A DNA stretch of 64,000 nt. Origin: Flaccisagitta enflata (taxonomy: Eukaryota). Both the position numbers and the translations under genes were made by a program. The notes beneath the pieces were generated by a model. That model was not told the origin of the DNA, ran no database searches, and saw only the letters and a program-made list of their open reading frames with translations. The stretch spans positions 9,114,001 through 9,178,000 of the forward strand of contig OZ231126.1 in the NCBI GenBank assembly GCA_965153355.1, written 5' to 3'. The number at the start of each line of letters is the position of its first letter. Positions within the stretch are counted from its first letter, which is position 1. Below, piece after piece: positions 1-11,205 of this stretch.

Positions 1-2315
1 TAGGAGAGGTTAGTGGCCTAGCAATGGCAACACAGCGCCAACGATACAAGATCACAACCATTCATCAATTCTAGGAGAGGTTAGTGGCCTAGCAATGGCA
101 ACACAGCGCCAACGATACAAGATCACAACCATTCATCAATTCTAGGAGAGGTTAGTGGCCTAGCAATGGCAACACAGCGCCAATGATGCGAGATCACAAC
201 CATTCACCAATTCTAGGAGAGGTTAGTGGCCTAGCAATGGCTACACAGCGCCAACGATACAAGATCACAACCATTCATCAATTCTAGGAGAGGTTAGTGG
301 CCTAGCAATGGCAACACAGCGCCAACGATACAAGATCACAACCATTCATCAATTCTAGGAGAGGTTAGTGGCCTAGCAATGGCAACACAGCGTCAACGAT
401 ACGAGATCACAACCATTCACCAATTCTAGGAGAGGTTAGTGGCCTAGCAATGGCTACACAGCGCCAACGATACAAGATCACAACCATTCATCAATTCTAG
501 GAGAGGTTAGTGGCCTAGCAATGGCAACACAGCGCCAACGATACAAGATCACAACCATTCATCAATTCTAGGAGAGGTTAGTGGCCTAGCAATGGCAACA
601 CAGCGTCAACGATACAAGATCACAACCATTCACCAATTCTAGGAGAGGTTAGTGGCCTAGCAATGGCTACACAGCGCCAACAATACAAGATCACAACCAT
701 TCATCAATTCTAGGAGAGGTTAGTGGCCTAGCAATGGCAACACAGCGCCAACGATACGAGATCCCAACGAGTCATCAATTCTAGGAAAGGTTAGTGGCCT
801 AGCAATGGGAACACAGCGCCAACGATATGAGATCACAACCATTCATCAATTCTAGGAGAGGTTAGTGGCCTAGCAATGGCAACACAGCGCCAACGATGCG
901 AGATCACAACCATTCATCAATTCTAGGAGAGGTTAGTGGCCTAGCAATGGCAACACAGCGCCAACGATACAAGATCACAACCATTCATCAATTCTAGGAG
1001 AGGTTAGTGGCCTAGCAATGGCAACACAGCGCCAACGATACGAGATCACAATCATTCACCAATTCTAGGAGAGGTTAGTGGCCTAGCAATGGCAACACAG
1101 CGCCAACGATACGAGATCACAACCATTCACCAATTCTAGGAGAGGTTAGTGGCCTAGCAATGGCTACACAGCGCCAACGATACAAGATCACAACCATTCA
1201 TCAATTCTAGGAGAGGTTAGTGGCCTAGCAATGGCAACACAGCGCCAACGATACAAGATCACAACCATTCATCAATTCTAGGAGAGGTTAGTGGCCTAGC
1301 AATGGCAACACAGCGTCAACGATACCGGATCACAACCATTCACCAATTCTAGGAGAGGTTAGTGGCCTAGCAATGGCTACACAGCGCCAACGATACAAGA
1401 TCACAACCATTCATCAATTCTAGGAGAGGTTAGTGGCCTAGCAATGGCAACACAGCGCCAACGATACAAGATCACAACCATTCATCAATTCTAGGAGAGG
1501 TTAGTGGCCTAGCAATGGCAACACAGCGTCAACGATACAAGATCACAACCATTCACCAATTCTAGGAGAGGTTAGTGGCCTAGCAATGGCTACACAGCGC
1601 CAACGATACAAGATCTCAACCATTCATCAATTTTAGGAGAGGTTAGTGGCCTAGCAATGGCAACACAGCGCCAACGATACGAGATCACAACCATTCATCA
1701 ATTCTAGGAAAGGTTGGTGGCCTAGCAATGGGAACACAGCGCCAACGATAGAGATCACGATCACAACCATTCATCAATTCTAGGAGAGGTTAGTGGCCTA
1801 GCAATGGCAACACAGCGCCAACGATGCGAGATCACAACCATTCATCAATTCTAGGAGAGGTTAGTGGCCTAGCAATGGCAACACAGCGCCAACGATACAA
1901 GATCACAACCATTCATCAATTCTAGGAGAGGTTAGTGGCCTAGCAATGGCAACACAGCGCCAACGATACAAGATCACAACCATTCATCAATTCTAGGAGA
2001 GGTTAGTGGCCTAGCAATGGCAACACAGCGTCAATGATACAAGATCACAACCATTCACCAATTCTAGGAGAGGTTAGTGGCCTAGCAATGGCTACACAGC
2101 GCCAACGATACAAGATCACAACCATTCATCAATTCTAGGAGAGGTTAGTGAGGTTAGTGGCCTAGCAATGGCAACACAGAACCAACGATGCGAGATCACA
2201 ACCATTCATCAATTCTAGGAGAGGTTAGTGGCCTAGCAATGGCAACACAGCGCCAACGATACGAGATCACAACCATTTACCAATTCTATAAGAGAAAAGT
2301 GGCCTAGCAATTCAA
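1..2315. repeat. 71-bp tandem satellite, about 32 copies, runs off the window start; probably inside a FUT8 intron
   Basis: Unit TAGGAGAGGTTAGTGGCCTAGCAATGGCAACACAGCGCCAACGATACAAGATCACAACCATTCATCAATTC recurs at 1, 72, 143, 214...; degenerates after about 2290. Confidence 0.97.
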
Positions 2316-3143
2316 GTGATCAGAAATAACAACAAGGCGCAAACGATATCACGATCAGAATCAATCAATCACAATCACCATTTGACAGAAATAACTCGAT
2401 ACAGTTACATTCGCTTGAATTGAGAGAGGTGAGTGCAGTACAGTTATTGTAGTAGAAAAGTCTTGAAGCTAAATAGGGCTCCCTTCTTTTCCAGTTGTTC
2501 AACCTTGATAGTGCCAAAATACCAAGCAGGCCACTAGTACGTCAAGGATGCAATATTGACCCGCCGAGAAAATGCTGGCAGTGACCATTTTCAGCTTGAA
2601 AGGGCTCTCATAGCCCTTTCCTGAGTAGCGCTCTTGAGCACGTTCCTGCAGAGAGCAGATCGAAGAAGCCTGGAAATCACGACTACCAACTTGGCGAATT
2701 TTCTTTATTTCTCATCATGAAGTATGTCGTTAACTCTAATAAACAAGTTTCCTTTTGCTTTCAAAAGAGCGAAGTCGAAAACTCATTAAAAATACTCTCA
2801 TAGCTAGTGTCAGTAGCACAAGTTGCTTAGCATTTGCTGAGTTTTGCTATATTCAAATGTTCTTGGGTCAATTTGAATAAAATACTTGGTTTACAACAAT
2901 ATGCAAATGAGGCTGTTTTTCCCTCGTTAATCTATCCTTGCACGCTAACCTTAATGCCAAGCGCCTTCAATATTTAGGTATGACCCACCAAAGCCAGTGC
3001 TATACAGCGATAATGTTGATGCTGCCGAGCGCGTTGTTCCAAGGAATACCACCTTGTATAATCTGTGATCCAATCGCCAGGGAGTTTAGGGATATCAGTG
3101 TAAGCCTTGCTGAGGGAATGTCTCGCTCTTTCCTCGAATCTAG

Positions 3144-6100
3144 GCTCATCATCTCGACAGCGGAAAAAGCGGTTACGAACCAACATTCCGTGGGGCGCGC
3201 CTGCGTTGCATCCAGAAGCCCTAGAAGTCGAAATTCCCATCATAGACTCCATCAATCCCAGACCCAACCAACTCCCACTCGCAGTCCCCGAGGATCTCAA
3301 GTACGAAATTATTTAGATTCTTTAGCATTTATGCAAATAAAGTATATGGACGTTGTCAACTTTCATGATTGTAATCGATCTCATTCTTCATCTTTCAGGC
3401 CCCGTTTGGAACGATTTCACGCGAGTCCACCCGTTTGGTGGATCGGTCAGTTGCTGAAGTTTTTACTCAAACCCAAACCGAAACTTTCCAAGCTCATCAA
3501 GGTACAAAAAGAGTCGTCTGAGGTCATTCTATCGATATTTCCTATCAAATATTGCCGAGCTGTTGATTAGTTTTGTCTCTCTCATTTATGATTGTCTATA
3601 GGATACCGGGGATCGTCTGGGCTTTTCCCATCCGGTTGTCGGGGTCCACGTTCGACGGACGGACAAAGTTGGCACGGAAGCCGCGTTCCACTCCATCGAG
3701 GAATATATGAGGCGCGTGGACGAGTGGTTCCAAAAGTATGAACTGCTTCATCCTCTTCCTCCGTCTTCTTCTGCCGGGAAAAGGAAAAGAAATGTGTTTC
3801 TCGCCACCGACGAACCGTTGCTGCTCGACGAAGCCAAAACTAAGTGAGTGTGAAGCTGGACAGCTCGTGAATCGGAGTGTATGGGACCTTTTATTTTGAT
3901 TGATAGATCTGTAGAGGTTTCTATTGTCAATGGTATGGTTGGAATCATGTAGACTAGATCATCTAGTCTAGATGATAAATCGAATTAGAATTTATTTCGG
4001 TAGCATCACATGGGTGTCAGAGGTGCCGATTCTATACGGCATGATAGCAATGCTACGCGAAAGACGAGCGTCAAAGGCGAAGGTGAAGGATGGAGCGGAT
4101 AAAACGAAAACAAGGCCGGATACACGGCCACCAGTTGCGGACGGGTGGGCAGAGGCGGATATGCGCGTTTTCTCACTTTTCGACTCGATCACCTCGACCG
4201 ACCGACCGACCGAACGACGGACGGACGGACAAAGCCTCTTATAGAGTTGCGTGTCCGCAACTAAAAAGGAACGAAGACAGAATGAAAGATAGGAATGAAG
4301 AAATAAATATTCTTGTGAATGTATTCATTTGACATAATCTACTGCAGCGCTCGCACATGTGGTTCTATGTTCTCGACTTTGGATGTATTCCTCATTTGCA
4401 TATTGCAGTTAGATTTCCATACGGGCCAATTTAGGTTTTTTCTTAACAAGAAGAGAATCTTTCTCAGCGTCAAATATCTCTTCATTCATTTGATCAAAGA
4501 AACTCGATATGACAATGCAAGCAAGCAAGTACAGTTAATTCAATTCTAAAATCTGTTTACTCAGAGACACGATTGCATTTAGTTTGATGGGATGATAATA
4601 TCGAAAAAACAGTAAGAAGAGGTTGATAATAATCACCTATTCAAACATCTTTGGAACGGGATTTACCAACTCCCGTGCTCTTTTTACCAGATAGACCTCA
4701 ATCTCGCTGAGACTCTTTGTCTCGTTGGGAAACGTTACAAGACAACAACATATCAAAGATTGGCTTATCTCCGTTATCTGATGGATGTTGCCATCATGTT
4801 GGGGCTGTATATATATCTTCTCACTTGCTCTCTTTAGATTTCCGGAGTACAACTTCATATCTGACAACAACATATCGAAGAGTGCTGGTCTGACTTCGCG
4901 CTACTCGGAGGAGTCTCTCCATGGCATCATTCTCGACATTCACTTTCTCGCCAACGCCGATTTTCTAGTCTGCACCTTTTCTTCGCAGGTCAGCGCGTCT
5001 GGGTTCTATATCTCATATTATATGTGTTAGGATCAGGCCTGTATATAATTGAGTTTACCCCCCTGTGGTTTTGGGAGATGGGGAAGGAAGTCAAAGGGGG
5101 GAAAAAAGAGAAAAGAAGAAAATTGTGGGAAAATATAACTTTTGGCAGAACTAATTCATAAAAACTGATTAGTAAAACACAATTTAACACTATTTAAACC
5201 ATAACTACACTGTTTTCATTGTCCTATGGGGAAGAAAATCATGATTTTAAAATGCGATGCGTCGCGTCGCGAGGAAGAAAATCAAAGGCAGGGGGGGGGG
5301 GGGAGAATCAAAAGCGACTCAATTATACCCCTCGTTAGGATACTTCTAATTTCTGTGTAGTTGTGGAAATTTTACCTTCTAGCAAAGGCGCTCATCTTGT
5401 CCTGTCTTAAGTCTAATCTCTACTCAATACACTCATCTGAAACCATCATAAAAATTTATAATTCCACGACCAGGATTTTACTCTGGCCCTGTAGAGTCAC
5501 CGTTAATTATCATAGGCAGATCGGCCAATTTTTTTGTTCAACATCAACTAGTTCAACAAATATTGACCTCACCAGGATTTTTAAATTTGATCCAAAAAGA
5601 TGCAATTATACTTATCATGCCCACTGATGCTGTTGCACTTTTTACTTGTGTCATAAGATTTTAAGAATTCATTCTCGTTTAGATTTTTGTTCCCCTGAAT
5701 AAAGTTAATGCATTTGAAACACAGTAATCATCCCAGGAATCGGGTCTTTCAATCGAAATGTATGCCTCTTATTGCATCATTACATGGATCATTACAATTA
5801 CATTATGGTATGTGGGCGTCGATTTCATAGGTTTGCCGGGTTGCTTACGAGTTGATGCAGTCTTTGCATCCGGATGCAAGTGAAAAATTCTCCTCACTGG
5901 ATGACATCTTTTACTTTGGCGGTCAAAATGCGCACAACGTTAGAGCCATCTACCCGCATCACCCTACCACCACCGACCAAATGGAGCTTCAGGTACATGA
6001 AACATTCATGAATGGTTTTGGAATATCAACTTATAGCAGTAGTTTACTCTTAGTTCGTTGCGCTTTAGTACTAAAATATAACGCATAATATGAAAAGACA

Positions 6101-6587
6101 AATGGGCTAGTGGACTTACATAAAGCCTTTAAGTACAATGGATATGGCCTTAGCCCCCTTAAGGCTTGAATGAAAGTCATTTGACTGTCATTTGATGACT
6201 GGTTGATGTTGTCCTCATTTTGCTGTCTTCTCATTTGATGATGTCCTTTTTTGACTGTCCTTTAATTTGATGATGTCCTCTTATGACTCTGTTAGTTTGA
6301 TGATGTCCTTGTTTGACTGTCCTTTGATTTGATGATGTCCTCTTATGACTTCCCTTTAATTTGATGATGTCCTCATTTGACTGTCCTTCAATTTGATGAT
6401 GACCTCTGACTGTCAGGTTGGTGACTTGATCGGAATCGCGGGCAATCATTGGGACGGATTCTCCAAAGGTCGTAATCGGCGATCAGATCAAACCGGACTC
6501 TTCCCATCCTTCAAAGTCCAAGACGCCGTCGACTGGGTTCCCTTCCCGAGATATGACGCAGCCAATAATCACACCACACTTCCTTAA
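3144..6587 (+). CDS. FUT8: Alpha-(1,6)-fucosyltransferase, 3' part (5' exons outside the window)
   Basis: Exons ~3144 (or 3161)-3300, 3399-3501, 3602-3843, 4838-4988, 5831-5992, 6417-6587, with GT-AG boundaries in phase. Motifs [76 protein letters not shown] and C-terminal SH3 [17 protein letters not shown] match FUT8. Confidence 0.95.
4109..4265 (-). mobile_element. Non-autonomous Helentron-type (HINE/DINE-1-like) element
   Basis: AACAAGGCCGGATACACGGC stem-loop end, subTIR AGTTGCGGAC, (GACC/GACG)n microsatellite, terminal hairpin AGTTGCGTGTCCGCAACT then AAAA. Confidence 0.8.
5034..5333 (+). mobile_element. hAT-type MITE (~300 bp)
   Basis: Begins CAGGCCTGTATA; 8-bp TSD GTTAGGAT at 5026-5033 and 5334-5341; homologous to copies at 40532 and 44829. 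Confidence 0.85.
6176..6416. repeat. ~30-bp imperfect tandem repeat abutting the last FUT8 acceptor
   Basis: TTTGATGATGTCCTC(T)TTTGACTGTCCTT-like units; the last unit ends TGACTGTCAG, which is the acceptor. Confidence 0.8.
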
Positions 6588-8746
6588 GAGGCCGTCATCG
6601 AATGAGCTTCATTATCGCGTTTCAGCTACGACCAAGACGAAGACGCATCGACTCTCATGATTTATTAGTCTAAGAGCTGCCACCTGGGACCCCCTCCTCT
6701 CTCTCCTTCTCTCTCTCATTCCATTCTTCCTTTTGTCTCGTCCCAATCCTCTTTCTCCTTTTCCCGTCGTCATCTTCTCAGCATCTCCTCAGCATCATCC
6801 TTTCTCCATCTCGATCACATACTCATACGGTCATACCAAAGTAGAAAACGCTCGGACGCTTTATTGCCATTTTTCCGTTTTAAGGAGGAATACCAATTCT
6901 CTATTTTTCTCAATAATCACATTATGAGGAGGAATATAAGTTCATTCTTTATCTCAATAATCACGTTATGAAATTCCGAGCTGCATACTGATTAAAAAAA
7001 GAATCTCTTTTTGTGTCGGTTCTCTTTGGCGTTTCTGCAGATATGGAGATCTGTTGAAGACAAATTTTCATCTGTAATGATTTGTGTACCAAGAAAAGGG
7101 CCCCATAGATGTCGGGTTATCGATTGGCCCATGAGCTTCATTCCAAATACAATTGGTAATTTGCCTTACCACAGACGAACGAAAGAGAATAATGCCAAAA
7201 TATAGAAGGTTGTCTGTTTCGATTTGAAATGTAGTTTCTAAACATCTTTTGAGATTTCACAGTGAAAATTTTTCGTCACACTGGGCTGACTAGAAGTGTG
7301 CTTCTCAAATATTTTGTGCTCTACTGTAGTGTTTTTCCGCCTAATTGTCAAACTTTTGTAAAATGACAACACTTCCCCTTTATCACTGATACTTTCAGCT
7401 GCTCTGCCAAAGAACAATTACTTGCCATATGATGATTGATATGACGAAATATCGCTTCTGTTTTTGTCAACCACTTTAGCCAACCCCCAGAGAGAATTGT
7501 ACTGCCACGTTCAAGTGGGCTCATCGCACCGTGTGGTTTGGGGGTATTGACTAGAATACACTGGTGGAGATTTACACTAATAGCAATAGTGCAACACTAA
7601 CTCAATAATTTTCTCTCTTAACCCATGACATACGCGTAGTACTCGTTAGTTTTCTTTATGAATCTTCCTCCTCCCTCTCTTCCCCCCAACAAAAAAGATC
7701 CCTCATAGGGTAAAATCCTATCGAAGGGTGATAGTATCGGTCGTCTCTTTCATTCCTATTCAATATGAAAATGCTTGTATGATGAATACACGCTTGTATG
7801 AAATGGTAATGATTTTAGGCCCAACTTATCAAACGAAAACTCACTTCCATTACGCGCTGTGATAATTTGCATAATGCATCGTGATGTGCTCCCCTGATGT
7901 AAAGAATGACTGGGTTGGTGTTGTGGTCGTCCGTTGGTCAGTTCTTAAAGACGCATCTCCTGCTTGACACCCAAAGAAAAAAAATTTCCACTCTATCGTT
8001 TTCTGCATCTTTCCCCCTGCTCTTCATCTATCTACACCCCTTCCCCCTGCTCTTCACCCATCTGCCCCTCTTTCATCTGAATCCCCTCTTCTCCCCTCCG
8101 CTTCCTCCTACTCCTCCTTAATCTTCCCAGTGCATGAATTAGTACTTGGAACGGTGAATTGCGCTTTCTCTTTGATCCCATTCACTCCCCATCATTATTG
8201 AAAATAATTACTGCCTGCGTAACCAGTTTGGAGTAACGAAGATTGTATCTCAATTTCGATGTTGTTGGGAGTCGTCCTGCCTGCCTGCCTGTCTCTCTGC
8301 CTGCCTGCCTGCCTGTCTGTCTGCCTGCCGGTACAACCAGTTTAGAGTATCAAAGATTGTATCTCAAATTCGCAACTTCGATGGTGGGGATCATCCGTCG
8401 GTTTTCGAGTCTTATTTTCCGATTATTTGTGGGCATTCAATTAACGTACATGGTTGTGTAGACAAGGTAAAAAGACCACTTTTTTTCGTCCCCGCGCGAG
8501 ATAGATATATAGATGCAGTTGAGGTACAAGAATATAAGTAACAACCACCCCCCCAAAAAAAAAAAGTGGCACCCCTTACAACTTATATCGTTTAGTTAAT
8601 AGGGGTAAATGAGCCTATAGATTAATGAGTGACAAATATGCAATTTTGCGATTTAATAAAAGAAATGTTATAATCTCATAATGTAGTTTTAAGTTAGGAT
8701 TTGGAAAGAGTTCAAAAATCATCTTAATGGTGTTGTTTATATTAAC

Positions 8747-8960
8747 CAGGCGTTTTTAAAGTTGAGTATTCCCCCTCTTTGGAGACGGGGAAGAGAATAA
8801 ATAAGGGTGGAAAAAAAGGGGAAAAAAAATTTTAGCAGTTTTTACACTGTTCTGACCATATTTATACTACTTATACTAATTATATTCTATGGGGTAATGA
8901 TTTCTCGACCGGACGGGGAAGGATATCAAAGACCAAGCCGCTCAACATTATACACCCCTG
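8747..8960 (+). mobile_element. Diverged hAT-type MITE
   Basis: CAGG... to TATACACCCCTG ends; near-TSD ATATTAAC/ATAATAAC. Confidence 0.55.
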
Positions 8961-9885
8961 ATAATAACCCAAATTGCATTTATCCTTTTACATTATACAG
9001 GTTGTAAGGGGGTTGCGGTTTTTTGCGGGATTAACAGCTTGTATTAATTGCGTCTATAATGTTATGTTTTTGATTTAAACAAAAAAAAGAATCATGAAGC
9101 CAAAATGACATTATTACAACTCTTTGTTGTTCTTCTTCTTTTGTTGGACGAAATCTGAATAAAAAATAACCCAAATTTTTCGTTGTTGGTGCATCCCAAT
9201 TGATCATCTGACTTCTGAGGGTGCTTTGATTTTTTTTGTTACTCGCATTCGCTTTTTGGTGGCCTCGAGGAATTGTGTCAGGAATGGTCGAGTATTGCTG
9301 CATCTTTATAGATGGTATTTTCTACAGAACTCAAATCATAATGGAATGAATCCTATGTATAATCAGCCTGGATTCGGACAGGGTATATTCACGTAATGAG
9401 CATCTTGAGCGTCTTAAGTTGAAGAGAAAAATCTTTGACCATTCCGTGACACTCCTGACTGATGGCCACCGAGGCACTGTTCGCTGTATATGAAATATGA
9501 TACAGTTACCGCGTCATTTTTATCAAAGCATTAGTGTCATTGGTTTATTTATTTAGTATTAGCTTTTTATACTTTTTAGTTTTCACATATATTTTGCTTG
9601 TTACTAACGGCTTGATTCATTGTGACATAAGTTTGTTTTTTTTTTCGGTTTTATATCATTCTTTGTATGCCATACAGATACGCCATTTTTTCATACTTAC
9701 TGGGATTGTCATATCTTGCGTTTTATCTGAACTTTGAAGTAAGATTTTCTCTGATTCCATTTAGAATTGAGATGGAAATGCATTGACCGTTGTTCTATTT
9801 AATTTAACCCTTTTTCAACAACTGTATTTATATCTAGTTGATATATATATTTACCGTGTCTAATGTCGTCTCTTTTAAGAAGGAA

Positions 9886-9936
<51 letters not shown>

Positions 9937-10346
9937 ATCGCAGATCTGTAGAAGCTATTAACGGGAGTCTTTGTTTATAACTTTATATCGTTACTTGGTC
10001 CATAGATTGCGATTCCCCTTTTCTCTGTCCCTCGCTATTTCTTTCTCTATTCCGTGTATCTACTCGATCGTACTCACTTTTTGACATGGCAGGTTAGTGG
10101 GAATGGTGGAATGTAAAACTGGTAGCCAACCTACCCTTGATTGCGCAAAGAACAAATGAATAATACCCAAAGGAAACTTGAACGAATCTCGTGAGAATAA
10201 GAGGAAGATCTAAAGAGATTTCGCCTCCGTCTGCTCGCCTTGAAACCATCAGCCTACAAAAACAGTTGATTTCCGGTTGACGCGCATGGAGATTGTGTCA
10301 AGTACCGAACGAGTGTTAGAAACAATAACATAAACAACCCAAAAAA

Positions 10347-10808
10347 ATGAGTGAGTCGTCGTCATCGTCTTTGTTGACTCGCGGCGGAAGCGACTCTTTC
10401 ACTTGCAAAGTGTCTTCGGTGTTGAATCGAGACGCGAAGCAGTTTGGCAAGAAGCATTTATTCGACGGCGACGAAGAGACTTGTTGGAATTCGGATCAGG
10501 GATCGCCGCAGTTCGTCGTCGTCGCCTTCCACTCGCCCGTGACCGTCGATCGACTCGATATTCGATTTCAAGGCGGATTCGTCGGCAGAGAATGCTCGTT
10601 TCAAGTGTTGTCCGACGATGATGATGGATCATCCTCGGAGTTTGAGACTGTGAATCGATTTTATCCCGACGATTCTAATAAACTGCAGACGTTTCCCGTT
10701 GAGGGGGAGAACAACCGTCCCACGACCAAAGTGCGAATTTCCTTCGATTCCAGCACTGACTTTTTCGGCAGAATCACCATTTATTCCATGGAATTGTTTG
10801 GACGCTGA
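10347..10808 (+). CDS. NR2C2AP: Nuclear receptor 2C2-associated protein, single coding exon, 153 aa
   Basis: KVSSVLNRDAKQFGKKHLFDGDEETCWNSDQG, IRFQGGF, FYPDDSNKLQTFP and STDFFGRITIY match the NR2C2AP family; uninterrupted ATG..TGA ORF. Confidence 0.95.
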   Translation: MSESSSSSLLTRGGSDSFTCKVSSVLNRDAKQFGKKHLFDGDEETCWNSDQGSPQFVVVAFHSPVTVDRLDIRFQGGFVGRECSFQVLSDDDDGSSSEFETVNRFYPDDSNKLQTFPVEGENNRPTTKVRISFDSSTDFFGRITIYSMELFGR

Positions 10809-10818
10809 TTCGATTCGA

Positions 10819-10962
10819 TTTTTAGTCCGTCCGTCACACTTTACTTTTTCGGCGTTAATGGGAGTTTTGGCCTTATTGCTCCTGCCCAAATGTTCCACTG
10901 ACCTCAATTATGGCGCCTGCCCACCCGCACGCGACTGGGGTAGCCGTGTATCCGGCCTTGTT
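10819..10962 (+). mobile_element. HINE-like element (5' hairpin deleted) just after the NR2C2AP stop
   Basis: GTCC repeats, CCCACCCGCACGCGACT subTIR, GCCGTGTATCCGGCCTTGTT end; the reverse complement matches the 41131 copy. Confidence 0.8.
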
Positions 10963-11205
10963 TGTGATAACGTGGGATTGATGTATACGATCATTTTGTT
11001 GACCTCGTTATTAGCAGCGCGTATGATATGATAGTTTCTATGGTTTTGTTATCACGTTTTCTCTTCGGACTTCTTTAGAAAAACAAAAAACAGGTTGACC
11101 GAATGTAAGCTGAAAAGGCGTGGAACTTGTTTTTCAGCGTCTGTCAGCTTCCGCCGGCGTTTGTGTAAGAGACTCACGTTAGCTTTTTTTTCCACGGCCA
11201 CCATC

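Noticed and set aside
1-2290. CRISPR array or hammerhead-ribozyme satellite
   Set aside because: No unique spacers and a eukaryotic context; no CUGANGA/GAAA hammerhead core found on either strand.
2938-3570. 210-aa ORF as a standalone gene
   Set aside because: It spans an intron; only 3399-3501 is in the FUT8 frame.
7465-7555. Possible tRNA-like or structured ncRNA around CCACGTTCAAGTGG
   Set aside because: T-arm geometry does not fit and there is no A-box or cloverleaf.
9030-9520. Possible 3' remnant of a LINE
   Set aside because: Coding-like texture, but no recognisable motif and multiple stops.
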